From Polaromonas sp. (lineage in GTDB: Bacteria; Pseudomonadota; Gammaproteobacteria; Burkholderiales; Burkholderiaceae_C): a stretch of 64,000 bases of DNA. Location of the stretch: positions 5,590 to 69,589 of the forward strand of contig JBKJKI010000140.1 in assembly GCA_046597475.1 (NCBI GenBank), given 5' to 3'. Numbering within the stretch: position 1 is the stretch's first letter; each line of letters starts with the position of its first letter. Below are positions 42,406-52,299 of the stretch, in pieces. Both the position numbers and the translations under genes were made by a program. Below the pieces are notes generated by a model. The model saw only the letters and a list, made by a program, of their open reading frames with translations, was not told where the DNA came from and searched no databases.

Positions 42406-42954
42406 TTAGCTGCTTCGCCCGTACTTGTATTTCCCGTCAATCTTCGCGGCCAGCCCACTGGCCGCCGCCAAGCGCGCCATGGCGGCGCCTACATGGGCAT
42501 GGGTGATGGCCAGCCCAAGGGCGTCAGCCGCATCCTTGCCGGGCAGTGAGGGCAGCTTCAACAGGCGCATGACCATTTCCTGCACCTCCGCCTTGCCGGC
42601 CTTGCCATAGCCGGCCACGGCTTTTTTCATTTGCAGGGCGGTGTATTCGGCCACGGCGAGCTCGCTGGACACCAGCGCGGTAATGCAGGCGCCGCGCGCC
42701 TGGCCCAGCAGCAAGGTGGCCTGCGGGTTGACGTTGACAAAGACGATCTCCACCGACGCGACCTCGGGCTGGTAGCGCTGGACGACTTCGCGAATGCCGT
42801 CAAACAGCACCTTGAGGCGGCCCGGCAGATCGCTGCGCTCCAGGTGCGTGGTCTTGATGGTGCCGCTGGCCACATAGCGCAGGTGCGGACCGTCGATATC
42901 GACCACGCCAAAACCGGCAAGCTGCAAGCCCGGATCGATTCCCAAGATGCGCAT
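42406..42954 (-). CDS. ruvC: Holliday junction resolvase
   Basis: [19 protein letters not shown]. Confidence 0.95.
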   Translation of the reverse strand: MRILGIDPGLQLAGFGVVDIDGPHLRYVASGTIKTTHLERSDLPGRLKVLFDGIREVVQRYQPEVASVEIVFVNVNPQATLLLGQARGACITALVSSELAVAEYTALQMKKAVAGYGKAGKAEVQEMVMRLLKLPSLPGKDAADALGLAITHAHVGAAMARLAAASGLAAKIDGKYKYGRSS

Positions 42955-42956
42955 AT

Positions 42957-43011
42957 GCTATAAATTAAGGAGCAAACTATGACCGTATCTATTGGACTAA
43001 AGCCCGAAATA
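42957..43011 (-). repeat. 55-bp two-dyad motif, copy E (spans the cdsA-like stop, ends 2 nt before the ruvC ATG)
   Basis: Minus strand TATTTCGGGCTTTA-GTCCA-ATAGATAC-GGTCATAGTTTGCTCCTTAATTTATAGC. Confidence 0.8.
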
Positions 43012-43977
43012 CCATCTAACCGAGTGAAAAAACACGGGTGCGGCAAAACACAATGCGTCGACGCGGTCCAGCAGGCCGCTGGCGCCGGTGACCGATTTCC
43101 CCTGCGAACCCCAGTTGGTGACGCCACGGTCGCGCTTGAGCGCCTTCATCACCAGATGCCCCAATGAGCCCGAGACGCAGGCAATCAGCGCCATTGCCAC
43201 GGCCTGGGCCGGCTTGAAAGGTGTCAGCCCGGCCAGCAAGCCACCCATCAGGCTGGCCAGCGTGACGGCAATCAGCCAGCTCGGCCAGTTAAAACTCTGG
43301 CTGACCTCGGGCGCACTGGGCAGGCGGCGCAGTTTTTTACCCACCAGGTGCTGAACGACCATGCAGCTCTGGACGACAAACACCAGAAAGAACACCAGAA
43401 ACGCATTTTTGCCCTGGTAGTCAGGAAACTTCAGCAGCAGCAAAGCCGGGACATGGCTCATGCCGTAGACACACACCATGATGCCCCACTGCAGCTTGGC
43501 GGTCCGTTCCAGAAAACGCTGCGGGTCGTTGGCCAGCGCGCTGACCACCGGAATGGCGAGGAACACATAGACCGGGATGAACACGGTCACCAGGTCAAAA
43601 TACCGCGTGATGACCAGTGCAAACTGCACCGGCAGCACCACGAAAAAAGCCAGCACCAGGCTACGGTGGTCGCCCTGGCGGGTCGGCGAGAGCGTGATGA
43701 ATTCGCGCAGCGCGAAAAATGCGACCAGTCCGAAAAGCAGCGTGGCGATGGTTTCGCCCAGTGCCCATGCTATCCAGAAGACGGTCACCATGCCCCAGCT
43801 GGTCTTGAGCAAGCCTGAGTACTCCCGGATTTGCCCGGTTCGGGAATCGTCTTCGTTTCGGTCCCGCAGCGACATCACCAGCACTGCCAGGCTGACCAGG
43901 GCGAGCATGCCGAAAACAAGGATGAACAGCAGGCCGACCTGCTCCGACGGCGCGAGCTTGCGCAGGAAAGTATTCAT
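42997..43977 (-). CDS. Phosphatidate cytidylyltransferase family (YnbB/CdsA-like)
   Basis: Multi-TM, GHLVMKALKRDRGV, GLLDRVDAL. Confidence 0.85.
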   Translation of the reverse strand: MNTFLRKLAPSEQVGLLFILVFGMLALVSLAVLVMSLRDRNEDDSRTGQIREYSGLLKTSWGMVTVFWIAWALGETIATLLFGLVAFFALREFITLSPTRQGDHRSLVLAFFVVLPVQFALVITRYFDLVTVFIPVYVFLAIPVVSALANDPQRFLERTAKLQWGIMVCVYGMSHVPALLLLKFPDYQGKNAFLVFFLVFVVQSCMVVQHLVGKKLRRLPSAPEVSQSFNWPSWLIAVTLASLMGGLLAGLTPFKPAQAVAMALIACVSGSLGHLVMKALKRDRGVTNWGSQGKSVTGASGLLDRVDALCFAAPVFFHSVRWYFGL

Positions 43978-44609
43978 CAGGCTTCCCGCAGGTCCACAAC
44001 GGCTTGCCGGGCGCGCGTGAGAAAATTGCCCCTGTCCTCGCCAGGGCCCAGCGCAAGGGGCGCGCCAAACGTGACGGTGCAAAGAATCGGCACAGGCACG
44101 ACTTCACCCTTGGGCATGACGCGCTGCACGTTGTTGATCCACGCGGGTACCAGCACCACGTCGGGAAACTTCAGGGCGAGGTTGTAAAGCCCTGACTTGA
44201 AGCTCTGCGGCACTTCCTGGTTGCCGCGCGTGCCTTCGGGGAAAAGAATGACCGAGTCGCCCTGCTCCAGCGCCTGGATCAGCGGCTCCAGCGGGTCCTG
44301 GTCGCCGGTCTTGGCACGGTCCACGTAAATCGCGTTGAACACGGCGCTGGTGATCCACTTCCTGAAAGGCGTTTTGGTCCAGTAATCGCGGGCTGCGATG
44401 GGGCGGGTGATGTTGCGCAATTCGGCGGGCAGGGCTGCCCACATGAGCATCAGATCGGCATGGCTTTGATGGTTGGCAAAATAAACCCGCTGCTCGGCCT
44501 TTGGCGGGCAGCCCTGCCAGCGCGCCTGCGCGCCCGTCAGCACGCGAATCAGCGTCAGGAGGAACACGCTCATCAGCCTGGCGAGCCACGGGGAAAAGAG
44601 GTCGATCAT
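43977..44609 (-). CDS. Lysophospholipid acyltransferase (PlsC family)
   Basis: NHQSHAD (HxxxxD), FPEGTR. Confidence 0.9.
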   Translation of the reverse strand: MIDLFSPWLARLMSVFLLTLIRVLTGAQARWQGCPPKAEQRVYFANHQSHADLMLMWAALPAELRNITRPIAARDYWTKTPFRKWITSAVFNAIYVDRAKTGDQDPLEPLIQALEQGDSVILFPEGTRGNQEVPQSFKSGLYNLALKFPDVVLVPAWINNVQRVMPKGEVVPVPILCTVTFGAPLALGPGEDRGNFLTRARQAVVDLREA

Positions 44610-44613
44610 GGTG

Positions 44614-45363
44614 TCAAGGCAGCTCGACCGCGCCCATGCGCGCCACGATGGTGCCAGCGCGGGAGGCCAGGTAGCCCGAATTGAGCCGGGTTTCAAAATA
44701 CTTGGGGCGGGGCAGCATCACCGCCAGCCGGGCCGCCTCGGATGCGCTCAGTCGGGCCGCGGGCTTGCGGAAGTAATGCTGGGCGGCGGCCTCGGCGCCA
44801 AAAACGCCTTCACCCCACTCCACGTTATTGAGGTAAAGCGCCAGGATGCGCTGCTTGTCGAGCAAGGCTTCAAGCAGCAGCGTCAGCACCAGCTCCTGGC
44901 CCTTGCGCAACAGGGTACGTTCACCCGAGAGGAAAAGGTTTTTGGCGAGCTGCTGGGTGATGGTCGAGCCGCCGATGATTTTGGGCGCTTTCACCGGGGC
45001 AGCCCTGGACTGCGTGGCGGCAAGCCGGCTAACCGACTGCGCAGCGCGCTGCTCGGCCCTGGCGTTTTTCTCCCAGGCTTTCTCCAGCGCTTCGATGTCC
45101 ACCCCGTCATGCAGGGCAAAACTGGCATCCTCGGAGGCAACCACCGCCCGTTTGAGGTTGTCTGACAGCTCCGCATAGGACACCCATTGCTGGCGCCACT
45201 TCAAGGCGCCGGTGTTTTTGGCAATCAGGTAGGCCTCGGAGCGCTGGAAGGCGCTTGATTCGGGATTCAGCACGGCCATCAGCGCAATCCGGCCGACGAA
45301 ATAAAGCTGCAGCGCCAATCCGGCCAGAAGCACCAGCACCAGCAGTCTTGACAAGGCTTTCAT
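44614..45363 (-). CDS. mtgA: Monofunctional biosynthetic peptidoglycan transglycosylase
   Basis: SEDASFALHDGVD, GGSTITQQLAKNL, YLNNVEWG. Confidence 0.9.
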   Translation of the reverse strand: MKALSRLLVLVLLAGLALQLYFVGRIALMAVLNPESSAFQRSEAYLIAKNTGALKWRQQWVSYAELSDNLKRAVVASEDASFALHDGVDIEALEKAWEKNARAEQRAAQSVSRLAATQSRAAPVKAPKIIGGSTITQQLAKNLFLSGERTLLRKGQELVLTLLLEALLDKQRILALYLNNVEWGEGVFGAEAAAQHYFRKPAARLSASEAARLAVMLPRPKYFETRLNSGYLASRAGTIVARMGAVELP

Positions 45364-45376
45364 CCCTGCCCGGCCT

Positions 45377-46216
45377 TCATGCCAGCAGCGCCCGCATTTC
45401 CTGCAAGACCTGCGCCGAGGGCGGGCGTACCTTGCGCCACAGCTCGAAGGCCTCGGCTGCCTGCTCTACCAGCATGCCCAGTCCGTCCCTGGGGGTGGCG
45501 CCGTGTTCACTCGCCCATGCCATGAACCCGGCGGCGGCCGGTCCATACATCAGGTCGCAGGCCAGCGCCCCCGGCTTGAGGACGCGGCTGTCAACCGGTA
45601 TGCCGGCACCGGCCAGGCTGCTGGCGCTGGCGTTGATGACCACATCGAAATCACCTGCAGGTTCCTGCAGTTCCATGGTGAGCAGTTCGGTTTTTTTCAG
45701 CACCTCGCGCAGCGACGGGTGCAAGTTGTGCCGCGCCGCCAGCGCGTCAGCTTTGCCACGGGTGCGGTTCACCAGCACCAGCCGGCGCGGCCCCGCCGCC
45801 AGCAAGGGGCCCAGTACGCCTGCAGCCGCACCGCCCGCGCCAATCAAAAGCACATCACGCCCGGCCAGCGCCACGCCGGCATTGTTCTGGATGTCGTTGA
45901 CAAGGCCGACGCCATCGGTGTTGTCGGCATGAATCCGGCCATCGTCAAGGCTCAGCGTATTGGCGGCCTGGGCCAGCTGTGCCCGGTTGCTTTGCGTGGT
46001 GGCGGCCTGAAAGGCTTCGAATTTGAAAGGCACGGTGACGTTGCAGCCACGAGCGCCGCTATGCACCAGCTGCGCCAGCGTGGAGGAAAACCCATCAAGC
46101 GGCACGAGCAGCCTGTCATACTGAAGCGTTTGCCCTGTCAGCTCGGCAAAGCGTGCATGAATCAATGGCGACTTGCTGTGCGCCACCGGGTTTCCGAGTA
46201 CAAAATATTTATCCAT
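45377..46216 (-). CDS. aroE: Shikimate dehydrogenase
   Basis: HSKSPLIH, NVTVPFK, NTDG, GAGGAA, DGLGMLVEQA. Confidence 0.95.
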   Translation of the reverse strand: MDKYFVLGNPVAHSKSPLIHARFAELTGQTLQYDRLLVPLDGFSSTLAQLVHSGARGCNVTVPFKFEAFQAATTQSNRAQLAQAANTLSLDDGRIHADNTDGVGLVNDIQNNAGVALAGRDVLLIGAGGAAAGVLGPLLAAGPRRLVLVNRTRGKADALAARHNLHPSLREVLKKTELLTMELQEPAGDFDVVINASASSLAGAGIPVDSRVLKPGALACDLMYGPAAAGFMAWASEHGATPRDGLGMLVEQAAEAFELWRKVRPPSAQVLQEMRALLA

Positions 46217-46281
46217 GGCCGGGTCGCTGGTGGTTGAGAAGGCTATTCATTGCAAGGTTTTAGCACAGGCCAGCCCCGGTT

Positions 46282-47130
46282 TCAGCGGTTGGTCAGCGTT
46301 GTTTCCAGGCTGTCGTCGCGGGTGAACCTGAAGCGCGAGACCACGACAATCTGGTCAGCGCTGCGGCGCATGGCATCGGTAAACCGGCCAAAGGGGCCGG
46401 TGCCGCGCACAATGGTCTGCGCACGGCGGTCCAGCGTCAGGTTGCCCGAGGTCTGGACCACTTCGGTATCCAGCACGCGTCCATCAAAATTGACGGTCAC
46501 CACCATGGTGAGCTCTCCGTAGAGCTTCTTGCCGGCCTGTTCCGGAAAGTTCACGGTGCCCTTGTCCTCGATCCTGTGGCGCAGTTCATCGTAATAGACC
46601 GCATAGACCTCTTCACGCGTCGCGGGGCTGATGTAGCGCTTTTTCGGGCGCGCATTTTCTTCGTTGATGCGCTTTTCAATTTCGGCCAGCAGCTTGATCA
46701 GTTGCCTGCGTTTTTCCTCGCGTTCGGCCTGCGCCGGATTGCTGGCCGGCGCGTGAGGGTCAGGCGGCGGCATGGACGCCAGCGCTTTCCGGATCTGGGC
46801 CAGCAACTGCGACTGCTGCTGCTGCAGCGATTCGACCTTGCGCTGCGCGTCCTCAGGTGCGTCGCCCAGCTCCATCAGGGCCGAAGGCGGCAGCGGCGAG
46901 GTGGCGCGGCCTTTTTCGAGCTGACCGCCGCCAGCCAGCGAAGCCTGCGCAATCGCCTTTGCCTTGTCGGGCTTTTCATTGGACTTCGCATTGACCAGAA
47001 TCACCTCAAGCGGTGTGTCCTGAAACACGCGGTTAAAGCGTTCGGGGTCGACAAAGCGCACGGTGAGCAGCACCGCATGGAAGGCGATTGACACGCCCAG
47101 GGCGATTTGCAGGGTGCTGGGTGATTTCAC
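46282..47130 (-). CDS. TonB-like energy transducer (N-terminal TM, TonB_C-type domain)
   Basis: SIAFH TM motif, LEVILVN, C-terminal TSGNLTLD. Confidence 0.75.
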   Translation of the reverse strand: MKSPSTLQIALGVSIAFHAVLLTVRFVDPERFNRVFQDTPLEVILVNAKSNEKPDKAKAIAQASLAGGGQLEKGRATSPLPPSALMELGDAPEDAQRKVESLQQQQSQLLAQIRKALASMPPPDPHAPASNPAQAEREEKRRQLIKLLAEIEKRINEENARPKKRYISPATREEVYAVYYDELRHRIEDKGTVNFPEQAGKKLYGELTMVVTVNFDGRVLDTEVVQTSGNLTLDRRAQTIVRGTGPFGRFTDAMRRSADQIVVVSRFRFTRDDSLETTLTNR

Positions 47131-47169
47131 GACAGGTGATTCTCAAGGGTCGGGCAGGCAGGCCCCGAC

Positions 47170-49236
47170 TCAATCAGCCGTCACGCCAGGCGCGGGCGCG
47201 ACGTCATCGCTTACATCCACGGCAATTGAAATGGGGCCGGCGGCCAGGTCGGCATCGCCGTCCTCGTCGCCGCCTTCATCGGCCAGCGCAGCGGAATCAT
47301 CAGCCACGGCGTCCAGCCGCTCGAGGACAGTCCCGGCAATGTCAAGCGTGATTTCGTCAATCGCGCCGAGCCTGATGCGCACCCTTGCACCGCGCGGCAG
47401 GCCTTGCGCGCCCAGCGCGGGCAGCACAAGGGGAAGGTCGTCGGCGCGGACAAGGTTGTCCTTGAAGGTGGTCGCGGTCAGTTCGGTGATGTTGTTTTGC
47501 TGCAGGTATTTGAGCGTCCAGTAGCGCTCTATGCCTGACTGAAAGCCGTTGTAGGCGCTGTAGGCACCATCGAAACAAGAGATCACCGAAAAGAGGTCCG
47601 CGTCCTTGGGCTTGAAGGGCGCTGCCAGTGCAGCCGTGCGGCCATGCCGGGCGCAGGCAATGATCTGCCACTGGTTGACCAGGTCGGTGTAGCGGCGCAG
47701 CGGCGAGGTGCTCCAGACGTAGCTCTTGACACCAATGCCGGCGTGCGGCAGCGCCTTGGTGCCCATGCGCACCTTGACGCCGGGCGCCAGGCTTGCCTGG
47801 GTGCGGTAGATGCCGGGCACGCCATGCTCGGCCAGCCACTCGCCCCAGGTGCTGTTGGCCAGAATCATGGCTTCGGCGACGATCAGGTCCAGCGGAGCGC
47901 CGCGCTGGCGCGTGCTGATGCTGACCCTTTCGTCACCCTTGGGCTCCTGGCCGGCAGGCTTGTCGAGCTTGAAGTTGTAGTCTGGCCGGTTGAAGTTTTC
48001 CGGCTTGCCGCGCATGATTTCCCGCTGGGCCTTGAGGTGTCTGGCCAGCCTGTGCAAGAACGTCAGTTCAACACCCCACTGGACACCCGTTGGCGGGCTG
48101 AGCTGCGCGGCTTCGAAAAACGCATCGGTGAAGGTGCTGTCGAGCGCGTCATGGCGCAGGTTGCTGACGATGGGAACCTGTTCCAGGCGCGTCACGCTGC
48201 CCGTGATCTCCAGCGTCGATTCGTCCAGTGTCAGATACAGCGACAGGGCCGGGCAATTGCGGCCCTCTTGCAGGGTATAGGCCTCAACCACGTCGTCAGG
48301 CAGCATGGTGAGCTTGTAGCCAGGCATGTACACCGTGGACATGCGCGCGCGGCCGACCACGTCAACGGCGCTGCCCGGCAACACCGCCAGGCCGGGCGCT
48401 GCAATATGAATGCCCAGCGTGATTGTGCCGCTGCCCAAACCTTGCACCGACAGTGCGTCGTCAATCTCGGTCGTGGCCGAGTCATCGATGGAAAACGCCT
48501 TCACATCGGCCAGTGGCAGCTCGTCCTTGATCGGCGGGGCTTGCAGCGCCGGAAAGCCCGTGCCCTTGGGGAAATTCTCGAACAGGAAGCGCTTCCAGTG
48601 GAACTGGTAAGGCGAGGCGATGGCGCCGGCCTTCTGCAGCAATTCAAGCGGTGCGGTATGCGTGGCGCGGGAAGCATCGACCACCGCCTTGTATTCGGCA
48701 CTGTTCTTGTCGGGCTTGAAAAGTATCTTGTAGAGCTGATCGCGAATCGGCGCGGGGCATTGCCCTTGGCCGAGTTCTCCGGCCCAGGCGGCGATCTGGG
48801 CCGCGAGCTGCTTTTTTTTCTCGATGGCCGCCAGGGCTTGCTGCAAGATCTCGGCCGGAGCTTTCCTGAAGCGTCCCTTGCCGGCACGGCGGAAGTAGTG
48901 GGGCGCGTCGTACAGGCGAAACAGCGCCGCGGCCTGCTGTTCAAGCGACGCAGCCCTGGACGCATCGGCGCTGAAATACTCGCGCGCCAGGTCGGAGAAA
49001 CCGAATTCTTCTTCACTGGCAAATTCCCAGGCCAGATCAAGTTCAATCTCTTCGCTCAGCTTCAATGCGCTGGCCACTAGTTCGGCTGGCGCCGGTTTTT
49101 CAAACTTCAGCAGCGCATTGACGGCCTTGACCTTGACGCGCTTGCCCGAGTCAAGCTCGACCTGCAGCGAGGCGTCGGTTTCCGACAAAATCCGGCCAGC
49201 CAGAAACTTGCCGGCTTCTTCAAACAATACAAACAA
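47170..49236 (-). CDS. RNB-domain (RNase II/R family) exoribonuclease
   Basis: SIDDSATTEIDDA, TSPLRRYTD; probable TTG start at 49236 with AAGGA SD. Confidence 0.88.
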   Translation of the reverse strand: MFVLFEEAGKFLAGRILSETDASLQVELDSGKRVKVKAVNALLKFEKPAPAELVASALKLSEEIELDLAWEFASEEEFGFSDLAREYFSADASRAASLEQQAAALFRLYDAPHYFRRAGKGRFRKAPAEILQQALAAIEKKKQLAAQIAAWAGELGQGQCPAPIRDQLYKILFKPDKNSAEYKAVVDASRATHTAPLELLQKAGAIASPYQFHWKRFLFENFPKGTGFPALQAPPIKDELPLADVKAFSIDDSATTEIDDALSVQGLGSGTITLGIHIAAPGLAVLPGSAVDVVGRARMSTVYMPGYKLTMLPDDVVEAYTLQEGRNCPALSLYLTLDESTLEITGSVTRLEQVPIVSNLRHDALDSTFTDAFFEAAQLSPPTGVQWGVELTFLHRLARHLKAQREIMRGKPENFNRPDYNFKLDKPAGQEPKGDERVSISTRQRGAPLDLIVAEAMILANSTWGEWLAEHGVPGIYRTQASLAPGVKVRMGTKALPHAGIGVKSYVWSTSPLRRYTDLVNQWQIIACARHGRTAALAAPFKPKDADLFSVISCFDGAYSAYNGFQSGIERYWTLKYLQQNNITELTATTFKDNLVRADDLPLVLPALGAQGLPRGARVRIRLGAIDEITLDIAGTVLERLDAVADDSAALADEGGDEDGDADLAAGPISIAVDVSDDVAPAPGVTAD

Positions 49237-49328
49237 AACGGAATCCTTTAGCCATGGGTGTGCCTTTTCGGGTCTGCCGCTAGTGTAATCAGGCCGCCAT
49301 GGCGGCAACCCGGCTGCAGGCGGGTATT

Positions 49329-49925
49329 TCAGACCAGGTTCAGGAAGTCGGCGATCAGCGGCAGATGCGTCTCGAAATCGCTCAGGGCATGGTCGCCGCC
49401 TTGCAGCAGGCATATCTGTGCGCCGGGGTAGCGCGCCGTCATTTCGCGCCAGTCCAGTACTTCGTCGCCTTTGGCGATGATGGCCAGGTAGTTTTCGGGC
49501 GCCTTGAGCGTGCCGGCCCGCAAAACCCGCAATTCGTCGACATAGTGCGGCTCGAAGAAAAAGCGCTCGCTGGCGTTGTGCCAGGCCGTCTGCTCGCCAA
49601 TGTAGCGGCTCAGGTCGCGGGCCGGGTCGACCGCCGGGTTGAGCAGGACGGCCTTGCAGTCGAAGCGCTCGGCCACCGCCGTGGCATAAAAGCCGCCGAG
49701 CGAGGAGCCGATCACCGCGAGCCTTTGAAAGCCTGCATCCTGTTGCCATTGGGCCAGGCCGCTCAAGAGAAGCTGCATGGCCTCCTTCGGCGAGGGCGGC
49801 AGTTGCGGGCACCACCAGCGCACGTCGGCGTGCTCGTGCGCCATCAATGCGGCCATCCTTTTTGCCTTGGCGGAATGGGGTGAAGAGCGAAATCCGTGCA
49901 GATAGAGCAAATGGGTGGTGCGCAT
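49329..49925 (-). CDS. YqiA/YcfP family esterase
   Basis: YLHGFRSSP, GSSLGG, LNPAV, GGDH. Confidence 0.9.
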   Translation of the reverse strand: MRTTHLLYLHGFRSSPHSAKAKRMAALMAHEHADVRWWCPQLPPSPKEAMQLLLSGLAQWQQDAGFQRLAVIGSSLGGFYATAVAERFDCKAVLLNPAVDPARDLSRYIGEQTAWHNASERFFFEPHYVDELRVLRAGTLKAPENYLAIIAKGDEVLDWREMTARYPGAQICLLQGGDHALSDFETHLPLIADFLNLV

Positions 49926-50067
49926 GCCGCCATGGTAAGCGGCCTGCCCGGTCCTTCCCCGGCAGGGTGTCCTGGAAAAGGGCCGCGGTGCCTGATTTGC
50001 CCTTTACACAGGCCGTGCTATGAAATGGTGGCCAGGGCAATAGCGGGGCGGACTGGTAATATCTGAA

Positions 50068-50790
50068 ATGCTTATGAAAACTACCACGCTACCCCAGGAC
50101 GTCGCCGACGAGGGCACGCCCGTTTCGGTCAAGATTCGCGAACGCCTGGCCCGGGCACGCAAGCGCTTCCATGCCAACGACAATATCGCCCACTTCATTG
50201 AACCCGGTGAGCTGGAACGCCTGCTCGATGAGGTGGAAGTCAAGATGCAGGGCGTGCTTGACAGCCTGGTCATTGACACCGCCGGTGACCACAACACCAA
50301 CAACACGGCGCGCCGCGTGGCCAAGATGTACCTGAACGAGGTATTCAAGGGTCGCTATGTGCAGCCGCCCACCATCACCGAGTTTCCCAATGCCGAGCAC
50401 CTCAATGAACTGATGATCGTCGGGCCGATTACCGTTCGCAGTGCCTGCTCGCATCATTTTTGCCCGGTCATCGGCAAGATCTGGATCGGTGTCATGCCCA
50501 ATGAGCACACCAATGTGATTGGCCTGTCCAAATACGCGCGGCTCGCTGAATGGGTGATGGGGCGCCCGCAAATCCAGGAGGAAGCCGTGGTGCAGCTGGC
50601 TGACCTCATCATGGAAAAGACCCAGCCCGACGGGCTGGCCATCGTGATGGAAGCGAGTCACTACTGCATGGCCTGGCGCGGCGTCAAGGACATGGACAGC
50701 AAGATGATCAACTCGGTCATGCGGGGCGTATTCCTCAAGGATTCGACCTTGCGCCGCGAGTTCCTCGCACTCATCCCCCGGAAAGGTTAA
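50068..50790 (+). CDS. folE: GTP cyclohydrolase I
   Basis: TARRVAKMY, SACSHHF, GLSKYAR, PQIQE, HYCMAWRG. Confidence 0.92.
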   Translation: MLMKTTTLPQDVADEGTPVSVKIRERLARARKRFHANDNIAHFIEPGELERLLDEVEVKMQGVLDSLVIDTAGDHNTNNTARRVAKMYLNEVFKGRYVQPPTITEFPNAEHLNELMIVGPITVRSACSHHFCPVIGKIWIGVMPNEHTNVIGLSKYARLAEWVMGRPQIQEEAVVQLADLIMEKTQPDGLAIVMEASHYCMAWRGVKDMDSKMINSVMRGVFLKDSTLRREFLALIPRKG

Positions 50791-50794
50791 GTCT

Positions 50795-51217
50795 ATGCTG
50801 GTCCGTTTGTTATATGCCAGCCGCGCAGTGGACACCAGTGTCGAGGCGATCGAGGCCATTTTGGCACAGTCGCGGCTGCACAACCCCTCTTGCGGCATCA
50901 CGGGCATTCTTTGCTACGGTGGCGGGGTCTTCCTCCAGGCAATTGAAGGGGGGCGCATGGCCGTCAGCGAGTTGTACGGGCATATCCAGAGAGACCCGCG
51001 CCACAAGGACGTGGTGTTGCTCGATTACGAGGAAATTTCCGAGCGCCGGTTCGGCGGCTGGACCATGGGACAGGTCAACCTGCTCAAGCTCAACCAGTCG
51101 ATCCTGCTCAAGTACTCGGAAAAAGCCGAACTCGACCCCTATGCCGCCTCGGGCAAGGTGTCATTGGCGCTGCTGGAAGAGTTGATGGCGACTGCCGCCA
51201 TCATGGGCCGCGCCTGA
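50795..51217 (+). CDS. Stand-alone BLUF blue-light photoreceptor
   Basis: LLYASR, HNPSCGITGIL, FLQAIEG, DPRH, RRFGGWTM (Tyr/Gln/Trp/Met retained). Confidence 0.92.
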   Translation: MLVRLLYASRAVDTSVEAIEAILAQSRLHNPSCGITGILCYGGGVFLQAIEGGRMAVSELYGHIQRDPRHKDVVLLDYEEISERRFGGWTMGQVNLLKLNQSILLKYSEKAELDPYAASGKVSLALLEELMATAAIMGRA

Positions 51218-51326
51218 GGGTCTTGCCAGTGCGGGGAAGCTGGCCCGCCGAATTCCATTTCCTTGCGGCTTCGTTGAGCCCGCTTCGCTGCTCTAGCGCT
51301 GGGCTGAACGAGAGAGCCAGAAGCTC

Positions 51327-52145
51327 ATGAACCACGCTCTGCTGGCGGGCTGCGATTTTTCCAGCAGACCCAGCCGCCGCAAACCGATCGTGATGGCGCT
51401 GGGCACGGAGTCAAAAGGGCGCGTCCTGCTTGCCGGCCTTGAGAGGATCGAATCGCTGGACGGCTTCGGGCGCTGGTTGCAGGAGGCGCGGGCATGGACC
51501 GCAGCGTTTGATTTTCCTTTCGGCCTGCCGCGCGAACTGGTGGCGCAATTGGGCTGGCCTTTGCATTGGCCAGAGCTGATTCGCCACTATGCCAGTTTGA
51601 GCCGGCCCGAGATCCGCAACAGCTTTGCGGCCTTTTGTGACGCACGTCCGGCAGGGCGGAAATTTGCGCATCGCGCGACGGACAAGCCGGCGGGCTCCAG
51701 CCCGTCCATGAAATGGGTGAATCCGCCAGTGGCCTACATGCTGCACGCTGGCGTGCCGCGCCTGCTGGGCGCAGGCGTGCATCTCCCGGGCCTACACCAG
51801 GGCGACCTCCGGCGCGTCGCGCTCGAAGGCTACCCCGGCCTGCTGGCGCGCGAGGTGCTGGGTCTGCGGTCCTACAAGAGCGATAACCGGGCCAGGCAGA
51901 CGCCCGAGCGGCTGATTGCGCGCAAGGACCTGATCACGGCGCTGGAACACGGCCAGACGCGACTCGGGCTGCGGCTTAAAGTCAGTCACGCCCAGCGCGA
52001 TGCGCTGGTTGACGATGCCAGCGGCGACAGCCTGGATGCCGTGCTGTGCCTGCTGCAGGCGGCGTGGGCCGCAGGCCAGGGGGCGCCGCGTTACGGCTTG
52101 CCGCCTGTAATGGACGGGCTTGAGGGCTGGATCGTCACGGCATAG
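51327..52145 (+). CDS. DUF429 family predicted nuclease (RNase H-like)
   Basis: GCDFSS, FDFPFGLP, LEGYPG, DSLDAVLC, EGWI. Confidence 0.75.
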   Translation: MNHALLAGCDFSSRPSRRKPIVMALGTESKGRVLLAGLERIESLDGFGRWLQEARAWTAAFDFPFGLPRELVAQLGWPLHWPELIRHYASLSRPEIRNSFAAFCDARPAGRKFAHRATDKPAGSSPSMKWVNPPVAYMLHAGVPRLLGAGVHLPGLHQGDLRRVALEGYPGLLAREVLGLRSYKSDNRARQTPERLIARKDLITALEHGQTRLGLRLKVSHAQRDALVDDASGDSLDAVLCLLQAAWAAGQGAPRYGLPPVMDGLEGWIVTA

Positions 52146-52236
52146 TTTTTATGCAGTGCGGTACATTCGACCGGGCTGCGCGCCCCTGCTCGCTTCCTGG
52201 CGTGGCAAAACTGTCCCAATCAGCGATTTCAAGCAC

Positions 52237-52291
52237 AAAATAGCCGCTATGTCCAATAAAGACGGTCATAGTTTGCTATCAAATTTATTCT
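52237..52291 (+). repeat. 55-bp two-dyad motif, copy F (upstream of the thermonuclease)
   Basis: AAAATAGCCGCTAT-GTCCA-ATAAAGAC-GGTCATAGTTTGCTATCAAATTTATTCT. Confidence 0.8.
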
Positions 52292-52299
52292 TGAGAAAC

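Noticed and set aside
49237-50040. N-terminal 268-aa extension of the 956-aa RNB ORF
   Set aside because: It overlaps the esterase gene in another frame; a TTG with SD at 49236 gives a plausible N-terminus
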